A stretch of DNA of 64,000 nt, taken from positions 96,001-160,000 of the forward strand of contig CAXXMR010000003.1 of the NCBI GenBank assembly GCA_963663805.2, written 5' to 3'. Position 1 is the first letter of the stretch, and every line of letters starts with the position of its first letter. This stretch comes from Sedimentisphaerales bacterium. Lineage in GTDB: Bacteria > Planctomycetota > Phycisphaerae > Sedimentisphaerales > SM23-30. Under the pieces are notes generated by a model. That model saw only the letters and a list, made by a program, of their open reading frames with translations, was not told the origin of the DNA and made no database searches. Position numbers and translations under genes: made by a program. Positions 31,250 through 41,700 of the stretch are shown piece by piece.

Positions 31250-33946
31250 TTACAATTGAGCGCGAGTCACATCGAGACTAACCAGCCGAAGAATCTCGTC
31301 GTCCGGCAACTCGGTTAGATTTGTTTCACCATCGGAATCGAGAATTTCATCTGCCATTTTTTGCTTTTCAGAAATTAATGCGTCAATGCGTTCTTCAACT
31401 GTGCCGCTAGTTACAAATTTGTGGACCAGAACATTGCGTTTCTGGCCGATACGGAACGCCCGGTCCGTAGCCTGATTTTCGACCGCAGGGTTCCACCAGC
31501 GGTCAAAATGAATTATATGGGATGCCGCGGTCAGATTCAACCCTGTCCCGCCAGCTTTGAGTGAAAGAACAAAAAACGGCGGCCCGTCATCAGATTGAAA
31601 TTGTTCGACCAGTTGTTTGCGTTTTTGTACCTGCGTTCCGCCGTGCAGTATCAGTCCGGCCCGACCAAAAACCTTGGTCAGGTGCTCAGCCAGCGGTTCG
31701 GTGATTTCACGGAATTGAGTAAAAATCAACACTTTTTCCTGACGCGAGGCAATTTCCTCACAAATCTCCCTAACGCGGATAAATTTTCCGCTCGCATCCG
31801 AAGCATAATCGCCGTCGCCGTTGAGTTGGCTGGGATGGTTGCATATCTGCTTCAGTCGCATCAGAGATTGCAGCACGGCGCCGCGCCGCACAATTCCGTC
31901 AGCGGTCTCCAGGGTGTTTTTCAGGTTCTCAACCGTATCTCCATAGAGTTTTATCTGTGGTTTACTCAATTTGCAATAGCAGGAAACTTCCGTTTTGTCC
32001 GGCAGGTCAGAGATAATATTGCGATCAGTTTTCAGTCGACGTAAAATATACGGCCCAGCCAGCCGCCGTAACGGAGCGAACTGATCATGTTCGCGATTCT
32101 CAAGAGCCTTGACAAAATTTTTGAAAACAGTTACTGAACCCAGCAGGCCCGGATTGAGAAAGTCGAACAACGACCATAAATCACCGAGCCGATTTTCTAC
32201 CGGCGTTCCCGTTAGAGTGATCCGGGACTGGGCGGAAAGTTTCTTCGCGGCTTTGGTTTGCCGGGTCGATGGATTTTTAATCGCCTGAGCTTCGTCAAGG
32301 ATTACCAGCCGCCAGTTAAACTCCTCCAGCCAGGATTGACGCGTCAACATGGAATATGTTGTTATTGCCAGATCGGTCTGGGCTAACATTTCCTCGGGTG
32401 ATTTAGCGATCTGATTGATTGTGTCGCGGTCTGTTTCAGCCGGATGTAAAAAGGTTAGTTTCAATGACGGAGCAAATCTCTCCGCTTCACTGCGCCAGTT
32501 ACCCAGCAGTGAAGCGGGTACAATCAGCAATGAAGGTTTGTTTGTTTTTTTTGCGTTAGTCTTCTGGCAGCACAACAGCAATGCCAGAACCTGAATCGTT
32601 TTGCCCAATCCCATGTCATCTGCCAGGCAGGCACCCAGGCCAAGTTCTGTCAGAAAACACAGCCAGGCGAGTCCATCTTTTTGATAAGGTCGCAACGTGG
32701 CTTTCAATTTTGTACCGGTATTGACCATTTCCAGCCTGCCCGGTTCACGCAGACCCGTGAGAATCTTCCGCAGCGAATCACCGGCCGAAACCTGCACCCA
32801 TGATGTCTCCCGGTCGGTTTGTTCCTCATGTTTTAAATCCGCCGATGCTCCAGCCAGCATCCGCATCCCTTCGATAAAGGAAATTTCACCATTGTGAGCT
32901 TGTTGGCGGACTTTCTGCCAATGGTCAATCGCTTCCTGCAATTTCTCGCGATCAACCTCGACCCACTGTCCCTTAAACAATACCAGTCCGTCTTCGCTGC
33001 CGGCCAGAAGCTCTTGGATTTCCTCCGCCGAAAGCTGTTGGCCTTCCAGAGCAACTCCCACATTAAAATCCAGCATCGCATCGGCCCCGAGAGTGGATTT
33101 GCGTTTCTCGCCAATGGTTACCGAAACTGCCGGGCGAGCACGTTTTTTCCACCAGTCCGGCAGTCGAACCGTCAGGCCGGCCGCTTCCAGTTCCGGCACA
33201 TCTTGCAGAAAACGATATGCCACCTGTGGCGGCCAGGCCAGCGGTTGATAGATGTCACCGGATTCCACGAGTCTCTTAACCCATTTGAGCTGCTCACTGG
33301 CCTGTTGTACCGGAGACAACAGTTTGATCAAGACCAAACGATTATTCTCGCCGGCATACTGTTCCAGAGCTTTTCGCAGCGGCAGATGTTTCAACCGTCC
33401 GCCCGCACCAAAACCGGTCGAATATGTGGCCATGAACGCAAAGGGATATTCGTGATCAGCCTTGTTTTCCGCCAGGTGAAAACAGACCCGACCTACCTGC
33501 CGCCATTTAGACGCATGTTCCTGCAGAAATGCTTGAAGACCCTTACCCGAACTAATCGTCAAACGAACCCACTTGTCCAGTTGGCTCCATATCTCCTCAA
33601 GAACACTTACGCTCAGATATTCCCCGCCCGACATCGGCGGTGCCGTCAGCAGCAATGTCGAATATTCCGCGCAGGAGGGAGGTTCTATAAGCAGGTCATC
33701 CTTCGCCGTTTCGGGCATATGACACAGCTTTGTCAGATACTGAGCCGCCAGATTTTGCCAGTATCGCAAGGTAAGTGAATTGCCGGTGTCATATTTATCA
33801 GCAGCGAGTGTGAACAATCCCCCATAACAGTTCTTCTCAAAGACTTTTTGTAAACCTGATAAAGCAGCGGTCTCAGTTTGCCCGGCGACAGTATCCCAGC
33901 GCAACTGTCCGGTTGGCGTAAGTCTGATTTCTCCCATAATATTCAA
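31250..33946 (-). CDS. SNF2-family helicase/translocase
   Basis: LADDMGLGKT, DEAQ, LTGTPVEN, QATDRAFRIGQ. Confidence 0.96.
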   Translation of the reverse strand: MNIMGEIRLTPTGQLRWDTVAGQTETAALSGLQKVFEKNCYGGLFTLAADKYDTGNSLTLRYWQNLAAQYLTKLCHMPETAKDDLLIEPPSCAEYSTLLLTAPPMSGGEYLSVSVLEEIWSQLDKWVRLTISSGKGLQAFLQEHASKWRQVGRVCFHLAENKADHEYPFAFMATYSTGFGAGGRLKHLPLRKALEQYAGENNRLVLIKLLSPVQQASEQLKWVKRLVESGDIYQPLAWPPQVAYRFLQDVPELEAAGLTVRLPDWWKKRARPAVSVTIGEKRKSTLGADAMLDFNVGVALEGQQLSAEEIQELLAGSEDGLVLFKGQWVEVDREKLQEAIDHWQKVRQQAHNGEISFIEGMRMLAGASADLKHEEQTDRETSWVQVSAGDSLRKILTGLREPGRLEMVNTGTKLKATLRPYQKDGLAWLCFLTELGLGACLADDMGLGKTIQVLALLLCCQKTNAKKTNKPSLLIVPASLLGNWRSEAERFAPSLKLTFLHPAETDRDTINQIAKSPEEMLAQTDLAITTYSMLTRQSWLEEFNWRLVILDEAQAIKNPSTRQTKAAKKLSAQSRITLTGTPVENRLGDLWSLFDFLNPGLLGSVTVFKNFVKALENREHDQFAPLRRLAGPYILRRLKTDRNIISDLPDKTEVSCYCKLSKPQIKLYGDTVENLKNTLETADGIVRRGAVLQSLMRLKQICNHPSQLNGDGDYASDASGKFIRVREICEEIASRQEKVLIFTQFREITEPLAEHLTKVFGRAGLILHGGTQVQKRKQLVEQFQSDDGPPFFVLSLKAGGTGLNLTAASHIIHFDRWWNPAVENQATDRAFRIGQKRNVLVHKFVTSGTVEERIDALISEKQKMADEILDSDGETNLTELPDDEILRLVSLDVTRAQL

Positions 33947-34151
33947 AACCTGCCTTTGATGCTGGCCTTCATATTAATGTCCGCTTTCTGATCCATAAAA
34001 GACTGCCTTTCTGCCTACAATACAGACTTTGACCAGTTTTTCAACCTTTTAGAGATGATTGAGATATCACATTTTGCTGATGGGGATTTTCTACGCTATT
34101 CTACCAGCTTCTACAAGGTCTGCCCCCTGGTCTGGCCCTAATCAGGCTCGC

Positions 34152-34222
34152 CCAGAATTAATACAAAGTTTCCAGAATTAATGCCCCATCGCCTTGCATT
34201 AGGGCGAAAAGGACTGTAATGT
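34152..34222 (+). promoter_or_regulatory. Putative sigma70 promoter with tandem upstream repeats
   Basis: CCAGAATTAAT at 34152 and 34172 (20-bp period); TTGCAT-N17-TAATGT. Confidence 0.5.
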
Positions 34223-34267
34223 TAATGCAGAAATTGAATGTAAACCATTTGCCAGAAAGGAATTACA

Positions 34268-34441
34268 ATGTAAACGAACAAAAGAATCACGAACCACAAA
34301 AACTACCATCCCGCCGATTACCAGTATCTCCGGGAAAAGGGTTATACCGACGCGGAAATCCGGGCCATCTGGGACCGCGACCGCGAAATGGGACACGGGC
34401 CGCAAAGTCACGCCAATAACCCCTTCTTCACCACCAAATAA
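34268..34441 (+). pseudogene. Small phage protein with a nonsense codon at position 2
   Basis: GAAAGGA RBS, ATG TAA, then open frame TNKRITNHKNYHPADYQYLREKGYTDAEIRAIWDRDREMGHGPQSHANNPFFTTK*. Confidence 0.6.
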
Positions 34442-34459
34442 AGAAAGAAAAACCGGACC

Positions 34460-34729
34460 ATGAAAACTTACCCCAACTTCACACACGACCTGATGAGATT
34501 CAAAAACCAGATTACCCGCTGGGAAAACGAGGGAAAGCGGGAGACAGACCCCGAACTCGCCGAGATGTTCGCGATGGATGCCGGCGACCTGCGCAAGGTA
34601 CTCCGGCACCTCCGCAAAAATCAATTCCAGGCCGCCTGGGATACCCTGGAAAACCTCGACACGCTGGTCCGCGACCAGGTACCCCGCCGGCTCTATAACT
34701 TCATCGCCCAAGAGAATGGCTACTGCTAA
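34460..34729 (+). CDS. Small hypothetical protein, tandem copy 1
   Basis: 89-aa ORF duplicated immediately downstream. Confidence 0.8.
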   Translation: MKTYPNFTHDLMRFKNQITRWENEGKRETDPELAEMFAMDAGDLRKVLRHLRKNQFQAAWDTLENLDTLVRDQVPRRLYNFIAQENGYC

Positions 34730-34765
34730 GAAACGAAATTCAACTAACGGAAAGGCATCCGAACC

Positions 34766-35034
34766 ATGGAAACCTACCCCAACTTCACAAATGACCTGAA
34801 GAGATTCAAAAACCAGATTACCCGCTGGGAAGATGCGGCCCAGCGGGAAACGGACCCCGAACTCGCCGAGATGTTCGCGATGGATGCCGGCGACCTGCGC
34901 AAGGTACTCCGGCACCTCCGCAAAAATCAATTTCAGGCGCCTGGGATACCCTGGAAAACCTCGACACGCTGTTCCGTGACCAGATGCCCCCCAGGCTCTA
35001 CAACTTCCTCGCCCAAGAGAATGGCTACTGCTAA
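34766..35034 (+). pseudogene. Small hypothetical protein, tandem copy 2 (1-nt deletion)
   Basis: 269 nt versus 270 nt; CAGGCGCC versus CAGGCCGCC near 34938. Confidence 0.8.
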
Positions 35035-35052
35035 CAGAAAGGTAAAATTGTC

Positions 35053-35325
35053 ATGGAAATTATGGAAATCAAATTCGCCGGATTCACTCCCAAAGGCTGC
35101 TATGTACCCGCCACCTTCGCTGCCATCAGCCGTATCCCGGGCGAAAAGCATATCCGCATGAAACTTATCAGCTGCGACGGCGAGCAGGATTACCACTGTG
35201 CGGCCAACGATGAAAAAGAAATCTGGGACCTGGCCCTCAAGCTGCAAAAGCACCTCGATGGGCACGCGGGCACCAACTCCATGATTCACGATTACTACCG
35301 CCAGCTGCAGTCGCTGGCTGACTGA
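35053..35325 (+). CDS. Small hypothetical protein
   Basis: GAAAGG RBS; co-oriented array. Confidence 0.75.
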   Translation: MEIMEIKFAGFTPKGCYVPATFAAISRIPGEKHIRMKLISCDGEQDYHCAANDEKEIWDLALKLQKHLDGHAGTNSMIHDYYRQLQSLAD

Positions 35326-35343
35326 ACCAAAAAGGAGAACTTC

Positions 35344-35586
35344 ATGCCTTCCTATCCAAACCATAAACCCGCCCTCACGAAGATGCAGCAGCGGCTGCTG
35401 GCGGAGATTGCCAGCCTTACCGACTGGCTGGCCTGCAGTCTGGAAGACTGCGAGGATGAGCAGCCCAACTGGCAGAATGTCGATTCGCTCCAGCAAATAC
35501 GCTTCAGCCTCATCGAGAACCTGGTAATTATCTCGGGGTTGAGCAAAACCCAAATCCAGCGCAGCCTGGCTGAGTTGTATATGTAA
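35344..35586 (+). CDS. Small hypothetical protein
   Basis: AAGGAG RBS; co-oriented array. Confidence 0.75.
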   Translation: MPSYPNHKPALTKMQQRLLAEIASLTDWLACSLEDCEDEQPNWQNVDSLQQIRFSLIENLVIISGLSKTQIQRSLAELYM

Positions 35587-35610
35587 ACCTGTAATTTCCG
35601 GAGAACTATC

Positions 35611-35805
35611 ATGAACCCCACAGAAAAGAACCGTATTTTTGAACGTATCGTTCGCGAGGAACTGGAAATTACCACTCTGGAAGCCCGCCACAGTGACGAA
35701 GAAGACTTCCACAGCCTGGCTGTCTGGGAAATTCAAACCATCATGGAGCGGGCCTTTGAGGCCGGCTCCGCAGCGGCGCGCCGCACCCGCCGGAAAGGAA
35801 ACTGA
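35611..35805 (+). CDS. DUF6900-like small protein
   Basis: TLEARHSDEEDFHSLAVWEI...AFEAG; GGAG RBS. Confidence 0.75.
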   Translation: MNPTEKNRIFERIVREELEITTLEARHSDEEDFHSLAVWEIQTIMERAFEAGSAAARRTRRKGN

Positions 35806-35808
35806 ACC

Positions 35809-36033
35809 ATGCCGAAGAACGAATACGACCCTGCCCCGCTGGTAAATGAAATTCGCGAAAATCTCTCGCCCGAGGCCGTCGCTGCCATCGTGGCCTGGCT
35901 GATGCCCGCCGAAACTAAAGACGAGCAGGTGAACCGCGAGATTGGCTGGTTCCGGGAACTGCTGGGTAAAGAAATTCTCGGATTCGGCAGCTGGGACAAC
36001 TACAACCGTATGATAGAAGAATTGGGCTTGTAA
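35809..36033 (+). CDS. Small acidic hypothetical protein
   Basis: GAAAGGA RBS; co-oriented array. Confidence 0.7.
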   Translation: MPKNEYDPAPLVNEIRENLSPEAVAAIVAWLMPAETKDEQVNREIGWFRELLGKEILGFGSWDNYNRMIEELGL

Positions 36034-36084
36034 TATTTCAACCGGGGCCCGGCCAGCCCGAAAACGGCCACAGGAGAACAAATC

Positions 36085-36588
36085 ATGAAGAAAAACGAAG
36101 TACAAATCCACGCCGTCTACCTGGTCAAAGTGGGAAGCAATCTCGCCCAGGTCGAGATTGTCAGCGAACACCCCAACGGCGGCTGGGAAGGCAAAAGCCT
36201 CAAGACCGGCAAGGCCATCAGGATTAAGAGCAGCCAGCGGCTGAGGCAACTTGTCGCCCAACCCGCCGCCCCAGCTAAACAGCCCCGCCGCAATACCAAC
36301 GCCCCGACAACTGCCGACACGGGCGAACCTGGCGCGACTGACGGCCAACGCAAACCCCTCTCGCTGCTCAACGCCGCTGCCATCGTGCTCGAGGCCTGCG
36401 AGAGGCCGCTGAGCTGCCGGGAGATTATCGAAAAGGCCCTCGACGCTGAAGTCTGGCAACCAGGCGCCGGCAAGACTCCCGCTAACACCCTCTACTCTTC
36501 CATCCTCAGAGAGATAAAAATCAAGGGCTCGGCGTCCCGCTTTGTCAAGGCCGAGCGGGGTAAGTTCGCCCTGAACTCTCAGGCTTGA
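36085..36588 (+). CDS. HARE-HTH (HB1/ASXL-type) winged-helix protein
   Basis: LSLLNAAAIVL...GKTPANTLYSSILREI...RFVKAERGKF. Confidence 0.85.
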   Translation: MKKNEVQIHAVYLVKVGSNLAQVEIVSEHPNGGWEGKSLKTGKAIRIKSSQRLRQLVAQPAAPAKQPRRNTNAPTTADTGEPGATDGQRKPLSLLNAAAIVLEACERPLSCREIIEKALDAEVWQPGAGKTPANTLYSSILREIKIKGSASRFVKAERGKFALNSQA

Positions 36589-36634
36589 ACCAGCAGTTAT
36601 CGCCCCTGAAACGCGGAATAAATCAGCTAAAACC

Positions 36635-38084
36635 CAATCCTGTTCGGCACATTTATTGCTTTAGGCTTTTGGCCTCCTGTATTTTTTTTAAAAAAAACCC
36701 GAAATATTAAGATAGGTAATTTGCGCTCGAGGGATATTTATGCTCTAATAGGAGGCATGAGTGCTAAGCGTCAGAAAATCAAGGAGCGGGACCTGCGTGG
36801 GTTCAAGTATTTCAAGTCCCTCTCGGCTCTGCTGAAAGGTCTTCACTCGGCGGGATGTGAGCGGGACCGGGCCGGCAATCGCACATTATTCATGGACCAG
36901 TATGTCAGTCTGCTGCTGTTATACATGTTCAATCCGATCTGCAGTTCCATCCGGTCTTTGCAGCAGGCCGGCGAGCTCAAAAAGGTACAGCGGCTGTTGG
37001 GTTGTTCGCGTGCTTCGCTGGGTTCGCTTTCGGAAGCATCCCGGGTTTTTGAGAGTTCTTTGTTAGAGCCGATAATCGCTCAACTCACTGAGCAGTTAGG
37101 GCCGATATCTCAGGACAAAAAACTGGAAGTCGGTCAGGTCATTACCCTGGTGGACGGCAGCAGTATTCAGGCTTTGCAAAAACTCACTCAGGCTGCCTGG
37201 GACACCGACAAACCCGGAATTAAAGCACACACTCAGTTTGATCTGGAAAAATATGTGCCTCTGAAAATAAATATCAGTGAAGACAAGTCTGATGAGCGAA
37301 AGGTTTTTTTAGAGAATCTTCAGCCCGGCCGGATTTATGTCAATGATCGCGGATATGCCTGTTTTAAGCTGTTTCAGGCCATTGTGGATAGTAAAAGCTC
37401 TTTTGTCTGTCGGCTGCGTGAGGATACGGTTTACGAAACTATTCAGGAAAAACCTTTAACTGAAGATGCTCGAAAAGCGGGGATAATTTTTGATCGTACG
37501 GTAATCGCCGGCAGCAGTGAAAAACTGCGGGAAGATTTCAAACAACCGTTTACGCCTGATAGCGGTTGAATGTCAACCGCATTTGAAACGGGGCCAGGGA
37601 CCACGTCAGAGTGAGATGATTTTGATTGCCACCGACCGGCTGGACCTGGACGCCGAAGTCATTGCCCTGCTCTATCAGAAACGCTGGGCCATCGAAATAT
37701 TTTTCCGCTTTTTTAAGCATGTGCTGGGCTGCCGACATCTGCTAAGCCTCTGCGAAAACGGTATCGAACTGCAGATGTACGCCGCGATTATCGCCTGTAT
37801 GCTGATCAGCCTGTGGACGGGCAAAAAACCAACTTTAAGAACCTACGAAATGCTCTGCTGGCACCTCTGCGGCATGGCCGACGAGCAAGAAATGCAGAAC
37901 CATATCAATAAACTCCAAAGCCAAAACTAAGGCCGATCCTCAAAAAAATCGCCGCTGCCGCTGATGCTGCGCCAAAATAACCAGTGCCGACAGTCCCACT
38001 GAGGGATAATCCCCGCTAAATCATATGAACTGCAAAGACCACAGAAAAACTGTATTTGAGCAATAAATGTGCCGAACAGGATTG
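36635..38084 (+). mobile_element. IS4 family insertion sequence
   Basis: Perfect 26-bp IRs CAATCCTGTTCGGCACATTTATTGCT; 9-bp target duplication GCTAAAACC at 36626-36634 and 38085-38093. Confidence 0.95.
36757..37930 (+). pseudogene. IS4 family DDE transposase with a +1 frameshift near 37550
   Basis: VDGS, DRGY and YQKRWAIEIFFRFFK (YREK motif) split across two frames at CCGTTTACGC. Confidence 0.9.
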
Positions 38085-38117
38085 GCTAAAACCGGCTTTT
38101 TAGCCGAATTATTCAGC

Positions 38118-38157
38118 TTGACAGGCGTAAGTACGATATATATACTATGTATATATA
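38118..38157 (+). promoter_or_regulatory. Sigma70 promoter and palindromic operator of the AbrB/Doc module
   Basis: TTGACA-N17-TATACT; TATATATAC-TAT-GTATATATA inverted repeat over the -10. Confidence 0.8.
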
Positions 38158-38173
38158 ACTGGGAGCTTGAATT

Positions 38174-38401
38174 ATGATTAAAAACCTGACCAAACACGGT
38201 AACAGCTACGCCATGGTGATTGACAAACCCATCCTGGATTTGCTCCGGGCCACCCCCGAGACACCCTTCGAGATTATCTCCGATGGGCGTTCCCTGGTAC
38301 TGACCCCGGTGCGCAGCGCCAAAGAGGAAAAGAAGTTCGAAGCCGCCCTGACCATGGTCCACAAGCGGTTCGGCAATGCCATGAAGAAACTGGCGGAATA
38401 G
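38174..38401 (+). CDS. AbrB/MazE family antitoxin
   Basis: LTKHGNSYAMVI; upstream of doc. Confidence 0.9.
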   Translation: MIKNLTKHGNSYAMVIDKPILDLLRATPETPFEIISDGRSLVLTPVRSAKEEKKFEAALTMVHKRFGNAMKKLAE

Positions 38402-38404
38402 ACG

Positions 38405-38794
38405 ATGTCTGCTACTCCGTTGTTCCTGGACCTGGCTCATATTATGCGTCTCCATGCCAGCTTGATCGAGCATTATGGCGGCATCGAGGGTACGCGCGAT
38501 ATGGGCCTGCTCCAGTCGGCCCTCGCCCTGCCCCAGGCTGCTTACGGGGGTGAATATCTGCATGAAGATATCTTCGCCATGGCCGCAGCATATCTGTATC
38601 ACCTGGTGCAAAATCACCCCTTTCTGGACGGCAACAAGCGTGTCGGGGCCGCTGCGGCGATTGTGTTCCTGGCGATCAACGATATCCAAATCGATAACGA
38701 CGAGGAGGGGCTGGTTGAGATTACTTTGGAGGTAGCCCAGGGCCGGGCCGGTAAAGTCGAAATCGCCGAGTTCTTTCGCAGTCGTGTCCTGTAA
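38405..38794 (+). CDS. doc: Death-on-curing (Fic/Doc) toxin
   Basis: HPFLDGNKR Doc-type motif; RDMGLLQSAL. Confidence 0.93.
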   Translation: MSATPLFLDLAHIMRLHASLIEHYGGIEGTRDMGLLQSALALPQAAYGGEYLHEDIFAMAAAYLYHLVQNHPFLDGNKRVGAAAAIVFLAINDIQIDNDEEGLVEITLEVAQGRAGKVEIAEFFRSRVL

Positions 38795-38799
38795 GCTCA

Positions 38800-41700
38800 T
38801 CAGTTTGCCTCCTCTGCCGCAATCCGCTCGGCCTTTTTTCCGGAGAACTCCTCGTACCTCAAAACTATGACATCGCAGTAGGCCTGATCCAGCTCCATCA
38901 GGAACGCCCGCCGTCCGGTCTGTTCGCAACCGATGAGCGTCGAGCCGCTGCCGCCGAATAAATCCAGGACATTCTCGCCCGGTTTGGAGGAATACTGAAT
39001 GGCCCGCACCGCAAGTTCGGTTGGTTTTTCGGTGAGGTGCACCATGGCCTGAGGATAGACTTTTTTGACATGCCATAAATCCGTGGCGTTGTTAGGGCCG
39101 TAGAATTTGTGACCACCCTTGACAGATTTTGAAGGTAGCCAGCCGTAAAATGCAATCTCAAATGCACCCATCATGTCCTTACGGGTGAGCACGGGATGCA
39201 GCTTGTCCCAGATCACAGCCTGCGAGAAGTACATGCCCGCTTCAGCGATGGGTTTGGGATAGTTGGCCAGATTGGCATACCATAGAGTAGAAGCTGAGCG
39301 CGTAGCCTGTTCACGATGAACAGGTACGTTTCTCAACAGCCCTCTCCGAACCGTGCGAGCGGCTTTGACCGCACACGGCTCTCCAGTCGTCAACATCATC
39401 ATGACTTGCCTCCCACCGTATAGAGGTACGGATGGGGCTTGCTGCCGATGCGACCTGCGACCGAAGGAAGACGGCGCTTCGGGATGGCTTTGCAGATCAG
39501 CCATTCCGTTCGCAGTTCGCCGTCTGTTGTCTGCTCGGTGGCGCACCAAGTCTTCTTGCCTTCCACCATGTGCAGGCTGTTGGCGGGGCAACGTCGCACC
39601 CACCGCTGCGCAGCCTGTTTGATGGTCAGCCGGTGCTTGCGGGATACGTAAGATGCATACGCCCAGAACGTCTTGTGTAGGACGTAATTGAACACCTTGC
39701 TTGGTACGGAGACGCACGAGTAGTACATCATCCAACCGCGCAGAGAGCTGTTGATCTTGCGTATCACTTCCGCTTCCGAGAGACTCTGCTTCGCGCAGAT
39801 GTCACGGACCGTGTTCACTTTCGCCGCAACGGCGTTGTACGGGATCATCATCTTCACAGAAGGCGTGCACAGGGTGTCGCGCTTTCGTGCGGCGAACTTG
39901 TACCCAAGGAATACGAAGCCGTCGCTGATATGCGTGACCAGCGTCTTTTCCGGACTCAATTCGAGCCGGAGGCTGTCCCGCAGCCATTCCGTGAGGCGTT
40001 GTTTGATCCTTTCCGCTGTCGTCTGCGACATGTTGCGGAGCACGATCACGAAGTCATCGGCGTACCGAACATAGACGATCCGAGGCTTGATCGGCTTGAT
40101 CATCCGAGGCAGTGAACGACGCTTCTTGAGCAGTGCGGCCAGGTCCGCTTCGACGGCGGCCCGTTCCTCATCACTCAATTGGTCTCCGCGTCGGCGGAGC
40201 CTATCGCGACGCTTCCCGATTCGGTTATCAACCAATCGGTACTCCGGATTGATCCTGTCCCGGACCTCCTGTGGCGTCTCACGGCATCCCTGATTGGCCC
40301 CAATCTGTTCCACCACGAACTGATCCAGTTCATGAAGGTAGATGTTGGCCAGTGTCGGCGAGATAATGCCGCCCTGTGGAGTCCCTTCTTTCGTCGGGTT
40401 CCACATGTCGCGGTCGAAGTATCCCGCTTTCAGGAAGTTGGCGATCAGCTTCAGGAGGCGGTCGTCCCGTATCCGCTTGTGCAGAAGCTTCAGCAGAATA
40501 TGGTGCGACACATGATCGAAGAAGCCCTTGATGTCTCCTTCGACCACCCAGTCCATCCGAACATTCGGACAGTCCTGTACGGCGTGCAATGCCGTGTGGC
40601 ATCCCTTGCCGGGGCGGAATCCGTGCGAGCAATCCAGGAAGATTGGCTCGTACAACGCCTCCAGCACGATCTTGACCGCGCTTTGAACCACGCGGTCTTC
40701 GAACGCGGGAATACCCAACGGCCGGAGCTTCCCGGACTTCTTCGGGATGTACACACGCCGTACGGGTTGGGGCTGGTAGTTCCCGTCCCGCAGCGCGGCC
40801 GAGAGGGATTCGACCTTACCGATTGTCCAATCGGATGCGGTCTGACCATCGGCCCCCGGCGTGCGACTCCCCCGGTTGCCCTTGATCTGATCGTAGGCGA
40901 ACCAGAGGAACTCCGGCTTGGCGATTTCCCGATACAAGCGGTCGAACCGCTTGTTCGTGTCCTCGCCGGCAAGTCGTGAGAGTCTGTGAATCCAATGTTC
41001 CACGTTCATGAGGTCATGCCCTCTCGTTGGCTTCTTGAATTCACTGACAACCTGTTCCCCTTCGCTCGGCGGGACGTTACCCCGCTTCATCGCTACTACG
41101 GGAACTCTGCCACCTGACGGACATTCCGATACGGACTCGGTCAACCATCCCGTCAGGCTTCTCCGGTAGTTACGTAAGCATTTGTCCGATGGACGTAGGC
41201 TCCTCATTCGCGCCATAACATGCGAAGCATGCCTGTTGGAACCGGCCTTCTGATTGAACGGACCTTCGGCCCGGGTGCCGCAAGGGCAACCTTTCCCGCC
41301 ACGGGGCGGTGTGGCGGTACGGTTCCATCGTCCCGTCGTCCTGAGTGAGACGACCGTACATTTCACGGCCAGACGCTGAGGTTCAGTTGTGACAAACTTA
41401 GCCATATCCATCTATCCTTGAGAAGCCTCCAAGAACGTTCAGGACCGTTCAGTGCTTCCCGTTGTGCCTCCGGGTACTAACCATCCACCGCATGTCCTAA
41501 TGCGGCAAACGCCGGAGGTAGGATCGTGATACCGTTCTATCACGACGGTTACGTCGCATTGCGACGCCGCTTACTTACGCAACCCGAACGGACGTCACTC
41601 CCCAAATGTAAAAACTGGCCCACGGTTTCATGACCCGGGCGGCATTATTGAACCACGCGGCCAGCAGTTCATCGAACTGTTCTTCAGAAATGAAATCATT

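Noticed and set aside
34933..36459. 508-aa minus-strand ORF (and 34199-34930)
   Set aside because: Antisense shadows of the RBS-supported small genes on the + strand.
34268..36588. Integron cassette array
   Set aside because: Spacers are short, with no attC-like structures and no integron integrase.
39399..41411. RT as part of a DGR, retron or defence RT system
   Set aside because: Clear domains V/VI, a maturase domain and a split host gene identify a group II intron. No TR/VR pair was seen. The ORF extension upstream of 41009 is probably intron RNA.
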